From positions 62,001 through 118,073 of the forward strand of contig JALDZS010000064.1 in NCBI GenBank assembly GCA_022813965.1: a stretch of 56,073 bases of DNA. Reading direction: 5' to 3'. The notes beneath the pieces are model-generated. The model did no database searches, was not told the origin of the DNA, and saw nothing but the letters and a program-made list of their open reading frames with translations. The translations under genes and the position numbers were made by a program. Below are positions 1 through 12,035 of the stretch, one piece after another (the stretch's first letter is position 1; each line of letters begins with the position of its first letter). Source of the stretch: Toensbergia leucococca. Lineage: Eukaryota.

Positions 1-3000
1 CCTATTTCAACCAGACTTTGATAGGCGGTGATGTAGACACACGGTAAGCTAGCTCCCTCTTCGAATGTCATGTTTTCTGGCATTACTTGAACGACGGTCT
101 CATCAACGCGTAGCAAGTTGCGGTAAGCTCCAAGACACATCAGTGCAACTCGATCACCAGGTTCTACGAGCGTGACTTTGGAGCCAACTCGTTTAATGGT
201 ACCTGCGGCGTCTGCACCCAGAACAGTATCGGCCACGAGACCCATGGAGACCATGATATCCCTATGAAAAACGTCAATAGACACCTTGTAGAAGCTGAGA
301 GTCTGATCACTTACACGAAATTCATGGCGTTTGCGACAACTTCAACCTCGACCTCATTCTGGCCCATAGGCTCCAAGGGGGCCGGATCATCAACGAACTG
401 AAGGGTGTCTAGCATACCAGGAACGCCAATATCGAGCCTTAGAGGACGGTCAGGTTGAGAGAAGGGTTGTAACTCAGCCTGAGGCTGCTTGCCGAGAGTT
501 TGCAGAGAATGATTCTTGTGTTTCTCATCGAAAAGTCGGGGGATGTAGAGACGACCGTTGAGCTCTGTAGTTTCAGTCTCGAGGTGAGGCATGTCGTCAT
601 CATACATGGCAGGGAAGAATCGTCCGACTAGGTCTGCAGCTGCTTGACTGGAAAGATCCATTTGAGACGAGAAATTGAGCTCGTGCATGCGAATGTCTGG
701 CATTTCGCATCTGCAAACACGTAAAAGACCAGTGGTGGCGCAGAAGGCTGGGTTTCCGGAAGGATCAACTGCCTGGCCGCCTCGTGAGATCCATAGCCCT
801 CCCAAACTGCGAAGGATTATGGTCTTGACGCAATTGAACTCTGTCTCCGAGGGATCATAGAGCAGAGGTTTTTCGGCTTCGATCAATGAAACGATAGCTT
901 TGTCAGCCACGATGATTTTCCCATTATCATCCTCAGCAGCAGCACTCTCAAGAGAAGCGTGTTCGACTTTAAGACCCAGACCGATCAGAGCTTTCGAGAT
1001 GTTGGCTGATAGTGCAATACTTGCATCCGATGGATTTGGCGCGTCAATCACCACTACCTCTTTAAAGGGGAGTATCAAAGATTTTGGCTTAGTTGTTACC
1101 ATCATGGACGAGCAATGAATGTGATCATCAGGAGTGTCTTTGATCACAATGTCAAGTCCAGTGAAGCCTGAAGCGACTAGGTGTTGCTTCCACCCATCTT
1201 CATCAAGTAAAGGCCCGCTGACGCGGTCATCTTCAGATAGCTTCCAGCCAGGAAGACTTCCCAAAACGAAAGTGATTCGGTCCAAAGCATGCGTGAACTC
1301 GGCGAGCACAAGCTTACCGCCAGGCTTGAGAAGCTTGTAGCAATGTCGCAGACTTTCATCCAGATTTTCGGTTCCGTGAAGTACCTTTGAGAATATCATA
1401 ATCAGATGTGGTCTTGAACACGAAGATTGAATTGATCTTAACTTACATTCGCGGCAATTATAACTTCGAAAGACTCTTCCTCGAAGCCCTGATCAATGGG
1501 GTCCATCTCAATGTCGAGTTTCTTGTACTGGACATGGGCTTGCCAATCTTTGAGCAGTTTCTGTGCGCTTTCAAAACAGCCGGGATTACTATCGGTGAAG
1601 ACATACTCCTTGAAGCAAGCTGTAGCGCCATAACGCCCACCGAGGGTTTGGAGGGCTGGTAGAGTAGTAGAACCGGTGCCGGCACCAATCTCAAGGATCT
1701 TGTAGTCGGGCCGCTTGTGTCCTTGCAGCTCAAGCCACTTTGTCACCATGCTGATAGAAGAATCGTTGGCATAGTAATCGAAGAGCATGTTGTCTTCCAT
1801 CATGACAGGTAACGGAGGGATGCTTCCATCCAAGATCCCTGGTAGATTCTCGCCAACAGCACATATCAGTCGACCGTCGATATGAGCCTTAGAAATATCA
1901 GCTAGGAAGGTTTCATCGTCCTGATCGCTGGCGTTCGGTGAATCATTAATGCCGTCAGCAACGCGCCGGCGCATCCATCGAATGTATGAAGCTAGATGGG
2001 GAGCTGTTGCAGCCTCTTTCTCTGGAGTAAGGCCAGATACGGTACGCTTCATGTAAATAGCTGCTGCTTTTTCACAGGCTGCTGTGTATTCGGTATCGAC
2101 TGATTTTGTGGGGCGGAACAAAAGTTCTCCCTCGACTTGGCGAACATGGTCTATATCCTCTTTCCATACAAACTGCGAGCAAAGCTTCCTTATTTCATTT
2201 TGATACTTGTTAGAACCCACCTCCTCGGTCATTGAACCCAACTCCGTACATCCAATTCCTTTGACGACGACCTTTGGCTCATTCCAAGCCTCATCGCTCA
2301 TATAAATTGACCCATGGTAATTGCGAAAGCCCTTGCGAGAAACCTTGGTGAAACCATGAAATTCGGCACCTGAGCCCTTTGGAAGGTGGGCTGATACAGT
2401 AATAGACTCAAACGAGGTGGGCAACATAGCTTGTTGGGATCCTGATACTCCAGTGAAGAAAGTCTGAAAGATGCCGTCAAGCGTTGCTGGATGCAAAAGG
2501 TGATCATATTCGAATTGAGATGGCATTGCAGATTTGGTGTCCGGAATAGCTAATGTAGCACATCCGATGCCGTTTCTGTTGCTCATGATCTTCGTAATAG
2601 GTTGGAATTGAGGACCTGCAACATATCAGCAAAACTGTTTAGCTGCATGAAATCTAGCAATTATAAACCTTACCATATTGTATGCCAAAGTTATTCCATT
2701 TCTCATAGAAGTCTTTTGTTTTTGTACTGTGCTTGCAATTGAGCAGACAGTCTTCGTAATCTTCCTTCAATTTCTTCCACTCTGATGCAGCCTCTCTTTC
2801 TTCGCCCTCATTTGTTTCAGACGAGTAGTGAGTTTTGATTAGTCCTGAGCAGTGTTCAACGTGTTCGTCGTTGTTCTGTTGTGAATAGATTGTAAATTCA
2901 TGCCAAGTTGTATCATTGGCTTTGGTCCCAATCTTGCGCGGCTTCATGTGCAGTAACATAGTAATTCTCTCATCTTCAGGTGGAACGACAAGTGCGCGGC

Positions 3001-6000
3001 TAAGGACGATGTCTCGGAATTCGTAGCTGTGGACCGTTTTTGTGTCATCAAGCAGTTGTTGAGTAGCTTCAAGCACCGCACAAAGCATTCCTGCGGCAGG
3101 GAATAAAATGTCGCCCTGGACCTTATGGTCAGCCACCCATGGGAGTTCGGACTGCCTGATAGTATTGGTCCATCGAGGTTCGAGCACGTTGAAATCTTCA
3201 ACACGCTTTCCTACGAGATCGAGACGCGGTGTAATCTTGAAGCGGTGATTGAGACTGAGCGAGGTTTCGTGCCAGAATTTGTGGGAGTGGCTACAAAATC
3301 AGTCTTCGAAAGGAGAAAAACGATAAACTTAGAAGTGGAGTGGGAAACTTACTTCCATGGATAGCTCGGCAGGTCAGTCAAAGGCATCAAGGGCATTGGG
3401 TCGGCTTTGTAGGCATTAACCCGAAGCATGTCGACAGGTTGTCCCATAGTCCACAATTTCCCGGTAGCTTCTAAAGTAGTCGTAACAGCATTCTGACCAC
3501 GTGATAGTAGAGAGATGTATGTAGTGTCCTCTACTTTCCCATTCGCTGTCAAAATCTGTTTCAAAGGACCTGCGAGCGCACTGTGAGGGCCAACTTCCAG
3601 AATCGTATCAATAGCTAGACCATCGCGACGGCGACGGCGGGCCCCAGCGGGAGGTGCAGATAGGATTCCTCCGCAAGCATTTACAAACTGAACTGGAGAT
3701 ACCATATTTCGAACCCAATACGATGCATCCAGATCGGAAGTGGCAACTTGAGCTCCAGTGACAGAGGAATACATGATTGGGGCAGATTTAGTGCGCAGAG
3801 TTTTGACATCTTTAATGGAAGCGAGGTAGTCATCAGCGATGATCTGCATGTGAGGGCTGTGATAGGCATTTTCGACCTTCAAACGTCGAGCAAAGACTTT
3901 GGCTGGCTCCAACAGATCTCCAAGCTTGTCAAGCGCTGCGCTATCACCCGAGATGGTGACATTGGACGGGCTGTTGACGCAAGCAATAACTGCAGTGTCC
4001 GTAGACAAGAGTTTATCCAGGTAGGGCTTGACGTCTTTTTCCGAAAGTCCTACAGCCATCATAGCACCATTCAATTCTGGCGCAATTTTCTTGATGTCGT
4101 GCGAGAGTCGTCCTCTATGGTATGCAATCTTGTAGCAGTCTTGGGCAGAAAGTGCGCCTGCGGCATACGCGGCAGCTGTAATTCTATAAGCACTTGACTA
4201 TCATTAGATCATAGGTCACTCACCAATCTCGCCGCTAGAATGTCCAACTACAGCAGCCGGGGTAATTTGCCAATGTCGAAGCAGGTTAACGAGTGCAATC
4301 TGCAAGATAACGCAAAGAGGTTGAGAGAATTTTGCAAGAGAGATCTGCGAAGCTTCCTCTGAAGCCGTCAACTCACTCAGCACGCTCCATTCAGCTCCTA
4401 GCGCGCTCAAATACTTATCGGCCTCTGCAACCGTGTCGGCAAAGACTTCATAGGACAATAACTCCCGGCCCATGGCATGCCACTGCGCTCCTTGACCAGT
4501 AAAGATGAAAACTGTCTTTGGAACTTTTCCGGCTCGGCTTCCTTTGATCCGCTGGGTCATAGCAACCGCCAGATCTGCTGTGGAAGAGGCAACTAGCGCG
4601 GCCCTCCACGGGAAAACGGTTCTTCGATTACCAAGCGTGTAAGCAAGATTCGCGAGGAAACTACCTTCCGAAAGCGTGCTTTTCGTAGACTTTTCGTTAA
4701 GATATTCTGCATAAGATTTAGTCCAGGTCTGCAGAGCACTTTGTTCCAGCGAGGATAGAGCGAAGAGCCTCGGCCGTACGTCAGTCCCGGAGAAAAAGTT
4801 GTTGATTTCAACGTTAGCCGGACTCGTACTCATAGAGCCATGGCCAGAGTCGGATTCTTCTTCTGGGGTAACAGAAGGACTAAGAGCTGAAACAGCGACG
4901 CTATTAGTATTGCCTTCGAGACCTCGCAATTTTAGATAATTATAAGCGTCGTCGATGATACAATGAGCATTACTACCGCCATAACCAAAGGAATTAATTG
5001 ACGCACGGCGCACACCACTTGTTGGCCACGCAATAAGTTTAGTAGGCACCTTGAGGCTCCATTCTTCCAAACGCAACCTCGGGTTTGGGACTTCGTAGTT
5101 CAGACTTGGTACAATCACGGCGTTTTCCAAACAAAGGATCGTTTTCATAAGTCCAGCGAGCCCAGCGCACCCCTCCAAATGGCCAATGTTAGTCTTGACA
5201 GACCCGACATAAAGTGGTTGTCCGGCTTGTCGTTTAGCAGTACCAAGAGTAGCACCAAGGGCCGAGCATTCGAGAGGGTCACCAACAGGCGTCCCAGTTC
5301 CGTGTGCTTCGAAATACTGCGTTTGTGCATAGTCCAGACCCGCTTTCTTGTAAGTAGCTCGTATCAAGTTTGCTTGGGCCTCTGAACTCGGTTGAACAAT
5401 TCCAGGTGTCTTGCCTAAGTTCAAGGGCGTGTCAGACCACATCTACGCAAAGAGGCTCGAAATCATTACCATCCTGGTTGGTACCACTCCCTCTAATCAC
5501 AGCACGAATGGTGTCGCCATCAGCAAGCGCATCTTCTAGTTTTTTCATGACCATCACACAAATACCCTCACCTCGGGCATAGCCGTTTGCACGCTCATCA
5601 AACCTGACCTACGTTAGGTCGTTCATCTTGTGATACATCGATCGGAAGCAGCACTCACGAGTAACACCTGCTGTCCGGACTCAAGAAATGCAAAGAAGAG
5701 AGGGATGTCATCATGTCGGGGATCAGTATTAATTGTGAAGCGGCAATTAAGCTGCTTCGGCTCTCCCCGTTGCGAATAGACTGGCAACCAAGATGCCTAC
5801 TTAACATCAGCCACCTTCAACGAGTACATGGATACACAAAATTGACGTACAGAGCGATCAGTCCACTCGAGCAAGCTGTATCAAGTGTCTGAAGAAAAGA
5901 TTTTAGCATTGACGGTATCAATTTTCGACCTCGAAATTGATAAACTTACCATGGAAGGGCCGTTGAGATCGAAAAAATGAGATATCCGGTTAGAAAGCAT

Positions 6001-6856
6001 CGCATTTCCACCACCAATGGCCTGATAAAGAGGTACATCATCTTATGTAAGATTAGCTTTCGTACCCAGAATTCTTTATAGCAAGCATTCTTACCGACGT
6101 CCCGTCCTACCACGGCATTGTAATCTATAGGCAGTCAGTAAATGTTGACGCTACACAGCGTTTCTCAGTGCTCAGTGAATATTAATCAAGAATTAGACAT
6201 GCAATGTCATTGCGCTAAGGTAAATAAAGATACTGAAGCATTTTTCCAGCCCGAGATAGAAGACATACCTGCACTTGAGCAGCCAACATAGCAGGACGTG
6301 TTGGTTCCGATGACTTTGTCCATAGGAATACCCCCTACAAGTCTGTCAGGTGTGTATCTGATCGTGTTTCCGAGCAAAACTAACCGCTCTCCAACGTCTC
6401 ATATGTGACTTCGAGTAGCATTCTCAGTTGAGGATCCGTAGCTGTAGCTTCGGCCGCGGACATTGAGACTATAATCGTCAGCACAATAGGTGTTCGGAAG
6501 AATACAGGAACGACAAACAGAACTGTCCAAAGTAATCAGCAGAGGTTACTTCAACCAGGACGGATATAAAGACATACGGGAGCATCGAAAACGCCGACAT
6601 CTTCCTTCATGAAATGTCCTCCCTTTGCTGTCATGGTGCCTGACCGCGCATTGCTGGGATGCCAATACGCGTCGGCGTTGAATCTTTCCTTAGGTACCTC
6701 AGACCACGCGGCTCGCCCTTGTGAAAGCATATCATAGAAACGGGCAGGTGAGGTGGCATCGCCAGGGAAGCGGCAAGCCATAGCCACAATGGCAATAGGT
6801 GCAACATCATCTTGCCCACCCTGAGGGGCAGTCCCGTTGGCGTGGATGTAAGGCAT
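1..6856 (-). CDS. Highly reducing iterative type I polyketide synthase (KS-AT-DH-cMT-ER visible; 3' part beyond the window edge), about 14 introns in the window
   Basis: ATG at 6856 (MPYIHANG...[13 protein letters not shown]). Hand-spliced KS contains [16 protein letters not shown] and NIGHLEG. AT has GHSSGEI and AYHS, DH has [10 protein letters not shown] and HPATLD, cMT has [10 protein letters not shown], and the ER start reads [14 protein letters not shown]...[12 protein letters not shown]...LGADAAG. Introns have GT-AG ends and branch sites. The frame is open at position 1. Confidence 0.97.
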
Positions 6857-7726
6857 ATTGAACTTCGATTTCGTGGAGCTCAATGAATTATTGCATTGAT
6901 AAGCTCAGACGTCCGTAGCTGTCCAGATGATTGAGCAGTATAGGCCAGCATATCCTTCCGTATATTGCAATAGCACTCCTTTCGATCATTTGGTGGCGAA
7001 GGTCTGCACTTTAATACAAAGTTCTCCTTTGAGGCACCTTCCTCCCAGCACCATGAACCTTGAAGGCGCTATGCTCCCACGAAGAATTTCCATCATCCTC
7101 GGCACGTTTTCGGTTGCTTGTAGGCCGTCAAAATGCCCGATGCTATTTTTGTGTGCAGCTGTGTTGGGAAGGCGGGTCTGATCATTCCCAGTTGTTCGGA
7201 TACCCTCCAGCACAGATGGAGGAATATGTTGCCTTTGCTGCAGTGCTAATCAGGCACACACGAGACATGAGTGATACAGGCCCATGGCCAAGAGACCTGA
7301 GATAGGATAGCTTGTACATAATAGCTTGTACATGAAGCCGATCTTGCAATTGGTTGGATGTTTTTTTAGCGATGTGAGATCGGTAGTACATGTGTATGCA
7401 AGTTATGTTATGATCAACAGCGCATAGAACACCATGATGATATGCAAGTCCCAAAGGGGTAATTCTCTTGTGTGACGTCAGCCCACCTCGTACAAAGATA
7501 AAGTACGATAAAGGGAGAGATGAGGAAATGAAAAGACTGTAATGACGAAGAGGCGTTCTTGAGCCTCTTTATAGCGGACGCCCCCCTACCTCAATAGGTC
7601 ATTGCTAGACACCTTTCTGTAACCATACTTTCCAAATACACACACCAAAAATCTCACGTTCGTCAACGACCCTTAGCAACCAACCAATATTCAAATACAT
7701 ACAACAAAAATTCCACATTCGACAAC

Positions 7727-8750
7727 ATGAGAATTCTCTGTCTCCATGGGTAGGATCCGTACCCAAAATTCCACGGACAAAAGATCAACTGACAGAATCT
7801 GAATAGAAAAGGCACGAGTGCCGAGATTTTCGAGTTGCAATCAGGTAAAGCACATACTTGATACACTGATACCACTTGGGTTCACCCAGCTAATGCTTTG
7901 ACAGAGAATTTCCGTCAACTCCTCCCCAAACACTATGACTTTGCTTTTTTCGAAGGCGAAACGGAATGTCCCCCGGCCCCTGGCGTCAATAAGGTCTTTC
8001 CAGGACCTTTTTGGGCCTATCTCACAAATAATTCCGTGAGGTCTACCGCCGAGCAACACGAGTTTATTTCCGACATCATCGCCGAGGAAGGTAAGGATAA
8101 CGAAAACAACATGAAAAGCTGGCAAAATCTCTAACGTAGCGCAGGACCATTCGATGGCATCATGGGATTTAGCCAGGTAAGTAACCTTGATCCATATACC
8201 GTGACCTCTCTAATACCATTCGCCAGGGTGCTTCACTTGCTGCTTCATGTTAGTTTCATCCAGGGACAAGTCCCAGCTGCTTGCGCTAATACTTGCCGTC
8301 GCAGTAATACTTCATCATCAAATCGAACATCCGTTCGCACCGCCACTATTTCGCTTTGCAATCTTCATCTGCTCCACCTATGCCCATTCCCGCAGTATCT
8401 CGTTGGGGAAGGACGTGACGGAGCATGTTAAGCCGAACGAACGTCCTCCCCTCCGTCGAAAATCTACGGACTCGGGGTACGAATCTGATGATGATGTCTC
8501 CAGCGACACGGTTCGGTTATTTTGTGTTGAATCCGAGAAAACCAAGATTCAGATTCCTACAGCCCACATATACGGTAGTGAAGATAAGTTGATGCATGAG
8601 AGTGTAGAAGTGGAGTTGATGTGCGACAAGAGAGTTGCTTTCTCGTACAAGCACAAGGGCGGACATGACGTGCCCATGGACGCTGTCACCAGCAAGGGAA
8701 TTCGAGATACTGTGGCTTTGGCGATAGACAGATGTGAAACATTCTCATGA
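7727..8750 (+). CDS. FSH1/LovG-family serine hydrolase, putative trans-acting polyketide release enzyme (6 exons)
   Basis: Spliced translation MRILCLHG-KGTSAEIF...GPFDGIMGFSQ-GASLAAS-LILHHQ...IPTAHIYGSEDK...HKGGHDVP. The GFSQG nucleophile motif plus downstream Asp and His fit a Ser-Asp-His triad. Divergent from the PKS. Confidence 0.93.
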
Positions 8751-9738
8751 CCGAAGAAAATGAGACATCGAAAGGGCCATGACCACAGAATGTTGCGGTG
8801 GGCCCGTTCGACGGTCAATTCCTCTGAAGCTTGTACAGTATCTTTGTGTAACATAGTGCTTGTTCATAGACTTTGCATATTTTAATTCAACGGATCAGCA
8901 TTACTTCCCAACATGTTAGCTTACCACTGCCGCAAATTAGTTGTTGTCCATTTTCCAGTGCTGCACACCCTCAAGTGTGTGACAGCGGCCTGAGCAGGTG
9001 GTTGGTGCGGCACAACGACGGTACAAGCCGAGTCTAAATAAAAGACCTCATTCTAATTTCTATCGCTTGGCAGTTGTGTTGTTATTGCGGCACTGGCGAG
9101 ACAATGACTGATGTCGTGCCGCTGCCTTTGATCAGCAGTTGGTAAGCTCATGTGGTGATAGGGAGACGCAGAGGGTGGAGAGAGACCTGGCTGACTACTA
9201 CACGTCATGCTGCCTCGGAGCAGTGTGGCGTGTGTGGGAATACTTTGGTAGCCCTTATCTGCACACTTTCGGCAGCCTCGGTAAGCTGCACCTATATGTA
9301 GGTAGAAGTACATGCTGCGCTTGTATGTAGGTGTATGTAGGCATACGGAAATGTATGCTGCGGCTGTATGTATGTAGAAGGTATTTGGGGTCGTGTACCT
9401 ACAGGACACAGCAAACGTTGAGATTCCCATGTACGGATAGCACGCATCGCATAGAACGTGGCCTGAGCCTCGGTCCACGACGATGACCCGGAGGAGCTTC
9501 CGGAAGGTGGCAACTACCTACCTTACCTTACCTACTACCTCACCTTAAGGAAGGATAAGCAGAAGATCCTAACCCAGAGGGGCCTAGTGAACTTGGCACA
9601 CATGAGACCTTTCAGATATGACTACCTACCTAACTTACTCTATGACAAGATCCATGGCATTTTCTACTCCATATTGAATCACACCAAGACATGGGAATAA
9701 GTGCATCGAATTGTTGATTGGTGTCATCACAGCAAAAA

Positions 9739-12035
9739 CTACATGTCCGCTTCTGCCAACGTAATCCTTCCGGCGAGCAACTCCTCGCCAAGTGCCTTCC
9801 TCTTCAGGAAATCAGTCGGGTGCCTTGAGAACGTGAACAAGCTAACGACCACACAAACAGCCGCTACATATGTGCAGTACCGAAGCTGGTCATTGAATGA
9901 CAATGCAAATGTCTTCACGACAGCAGCCTGCTGCTCAGGGTTGAGTGAAGGGATGTAACTCAGCGACTGTCGCAAGCTGCTGAGTTGAGAGGGGCTAAGT
10001 ACATCCTTGAGATCTTTGCCGACTCTGACATTGAGGATGATCGTGGAAGAGGCCAATCCAATGACGCCACCAAGGATGCGAGCCTGGTTAACTGTCCCCA
10101 ATGCAATAGCTGTATGTAGTCAGCCACCTGCTTCAAGATAGGATGCAGCAACATCTATCGGATCGAATTTACCATAGTCTGCAAACTTTGCTTCAGACGA
10201 CGCTATGATTGTCACGGTAGTGAAGGTCATCCCAATCCCTAGACCAAATATGACCTGAAAGCCGTAAAGTGCGGGTTCAACGTAAGAAGTATCGGTCGCT
10301 GTCGACAACAGAGCGCAGCCAACCACCATCAGGCAAGATGCCACGGTGAGGGTATAAAAGGTCATATTCTTGCGGCTAGAGGCCAGACCACCAACAGTCG
10401 ATCCAAAAGCGCTGGAAAAGAGAAGCGGCATTAGACGAACGCCAGCAGTAATTGCTGAAGCATCATTGACAATTTGATATCTCTCGGGAATAGCGATGAT
10501 TGTGAGAAACAGTGGGAACCCTGTCAATAACGTGCTCCTATGAAGTATTAGTATCATTGCAACAAGTTCAGAACAAAATACAAAGGACTTACAAGATAGC
10601 CGAAGCTAATATACGGTGTGTAAGAAGCCTGACCGGCATGATTGGTGTGATCGGGATTTTGCCGCTCAGCAAGTGCAGAAGTATGATCCATGCAACGAAG
10701 CCCAGAAAGCACACTCCAGAAGCCGAAAATGTCCCAATGATTATTGGTGAGTTCCATGCATATTTTCCAGCTCCTGCTTCTTCCATTGCAAAAGTGAGAA
10801 AGACGGTGCTCAAAAGGAGTAGAAGAGCACCTGTAAAGTCGACGTGGGTAAATAGTAATGGAATAATCGAGCGCTTAGTAAAAGCAGGCGGCAATTTTGG
10901 GCTTGGCCAAGTCAGAAGAATCACTAGAAGTGCGACGACACCAAACGGCACATTAAGAAGGAAGATCCATCTCCAGGTGCTATCTGATGAGATTACGCCC
11001 CCTATTGGCAGAAGCCTCGTCAGTATCAAACTCGGGCCATGGGAGAAATACTCAACCAACCAAGGACTGGGCCAAGGACAGATGAAACAGCAAAAACAAT
11101 TCCGGTGGCTGCACTCATAGTCTGCAGGATTGTGAGCTTGGTCAAAGCAGAGAGATTAGCTTCTTTTTACCGCGAAGTGCTCCCTTGGGGTGATTTCCGG
11201 AATAACTAGAACCTTCAGTGGTCTTCTCCCAACATGAGTACGACGACCTGTCTACATACCTATATTGCACAACGAGTAAAGGCCGGAACCACCCACGCCC
11301 TGCATTGCTCGGAATGCAATGAGTTGCGTCAATGTTGCTGCCAGTCCACACCCTAAAGAAAAGGCTGTGAACATACACCAGGATGCGACAACCGTCTTTG
11401 GATGTCAGCGTCTGTCGAAAACGCCCTGTGATTGAAATCGTACCCATTTCCGGCCAAACACATCACTTAATCTCGCCCAGAGAAGCGCAAAGGCTGATAG
11501 CGGTGAGTAAAGGAGGTCAATAGGCAAGCGTACAACTAACCCATATAAGACAAGAGGTATGCAATTACAACCCATATCGACTATGGTATGGTCAGAGTAA
11601 TCAGAAATGTGTTTAAGAGCACGCCATGCCTCGAAGAAGTTATCAAAATAGTCCTCGATGGAGACGAGAGCTGTTGCAACAATGGAGGCGTCGACAATGC
11701 TCAGGAGGAGTCCTAAACATAGACTAGTATAGAGGTGAACATGGATAGTGTCGACTAGCACAAGCAATAACGTGATCTTACCACACTTCAACGACAGCAA
11801 GACGCCAGCCAATCAGCCGGCGGAAGGGCGATAGACTTTGAGCCTCATTTGTGGCGTCACTGGGAGTGAGGGGCTGGTGTGCAGGCGACGTCACTGGCGG
11901 CTTTGGTTCGCCATATTCGAGTGGCTCGCCGTAAGGTCGAGACACTGGGATCTTTTCCTCAGAGCACGGTGTGGCAGTGTCGAGACTCGCTCGATGGGAA
12001 TTTGCCTTTTCTGTTTCTTCCAGTGGCACGGACAT
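9739..12035 (-). CDS. MFS drug:H+ antiporter (DHA2-like), multi-exon, probable cluster exporter
   Basis: Spliced pieces LSIVDASIVATAL, ARLSDVFGRK (motif A), LIAFRAMQGVGGSG, SVLGPVLGGVIS...WRWIFLLNVPFG, AGVRLMPLL and QARILGGVIGLA. Confidence 0.93.

Noticed and set aside
7098..7115. CGG-N8-CGG as a Zn2Cys6 binding site in the PKS promoter
   Set aside because: The same spacing was not found in the other cluster promoters; likely chance.
8245..8253. Apparent in-frame stop after GASLAAS suggesting the hydrolase is a pseudogene
   Set aside because: The stop lies within a GTTAGT...GCTAAT...CAG intron; splicing restores the frame.
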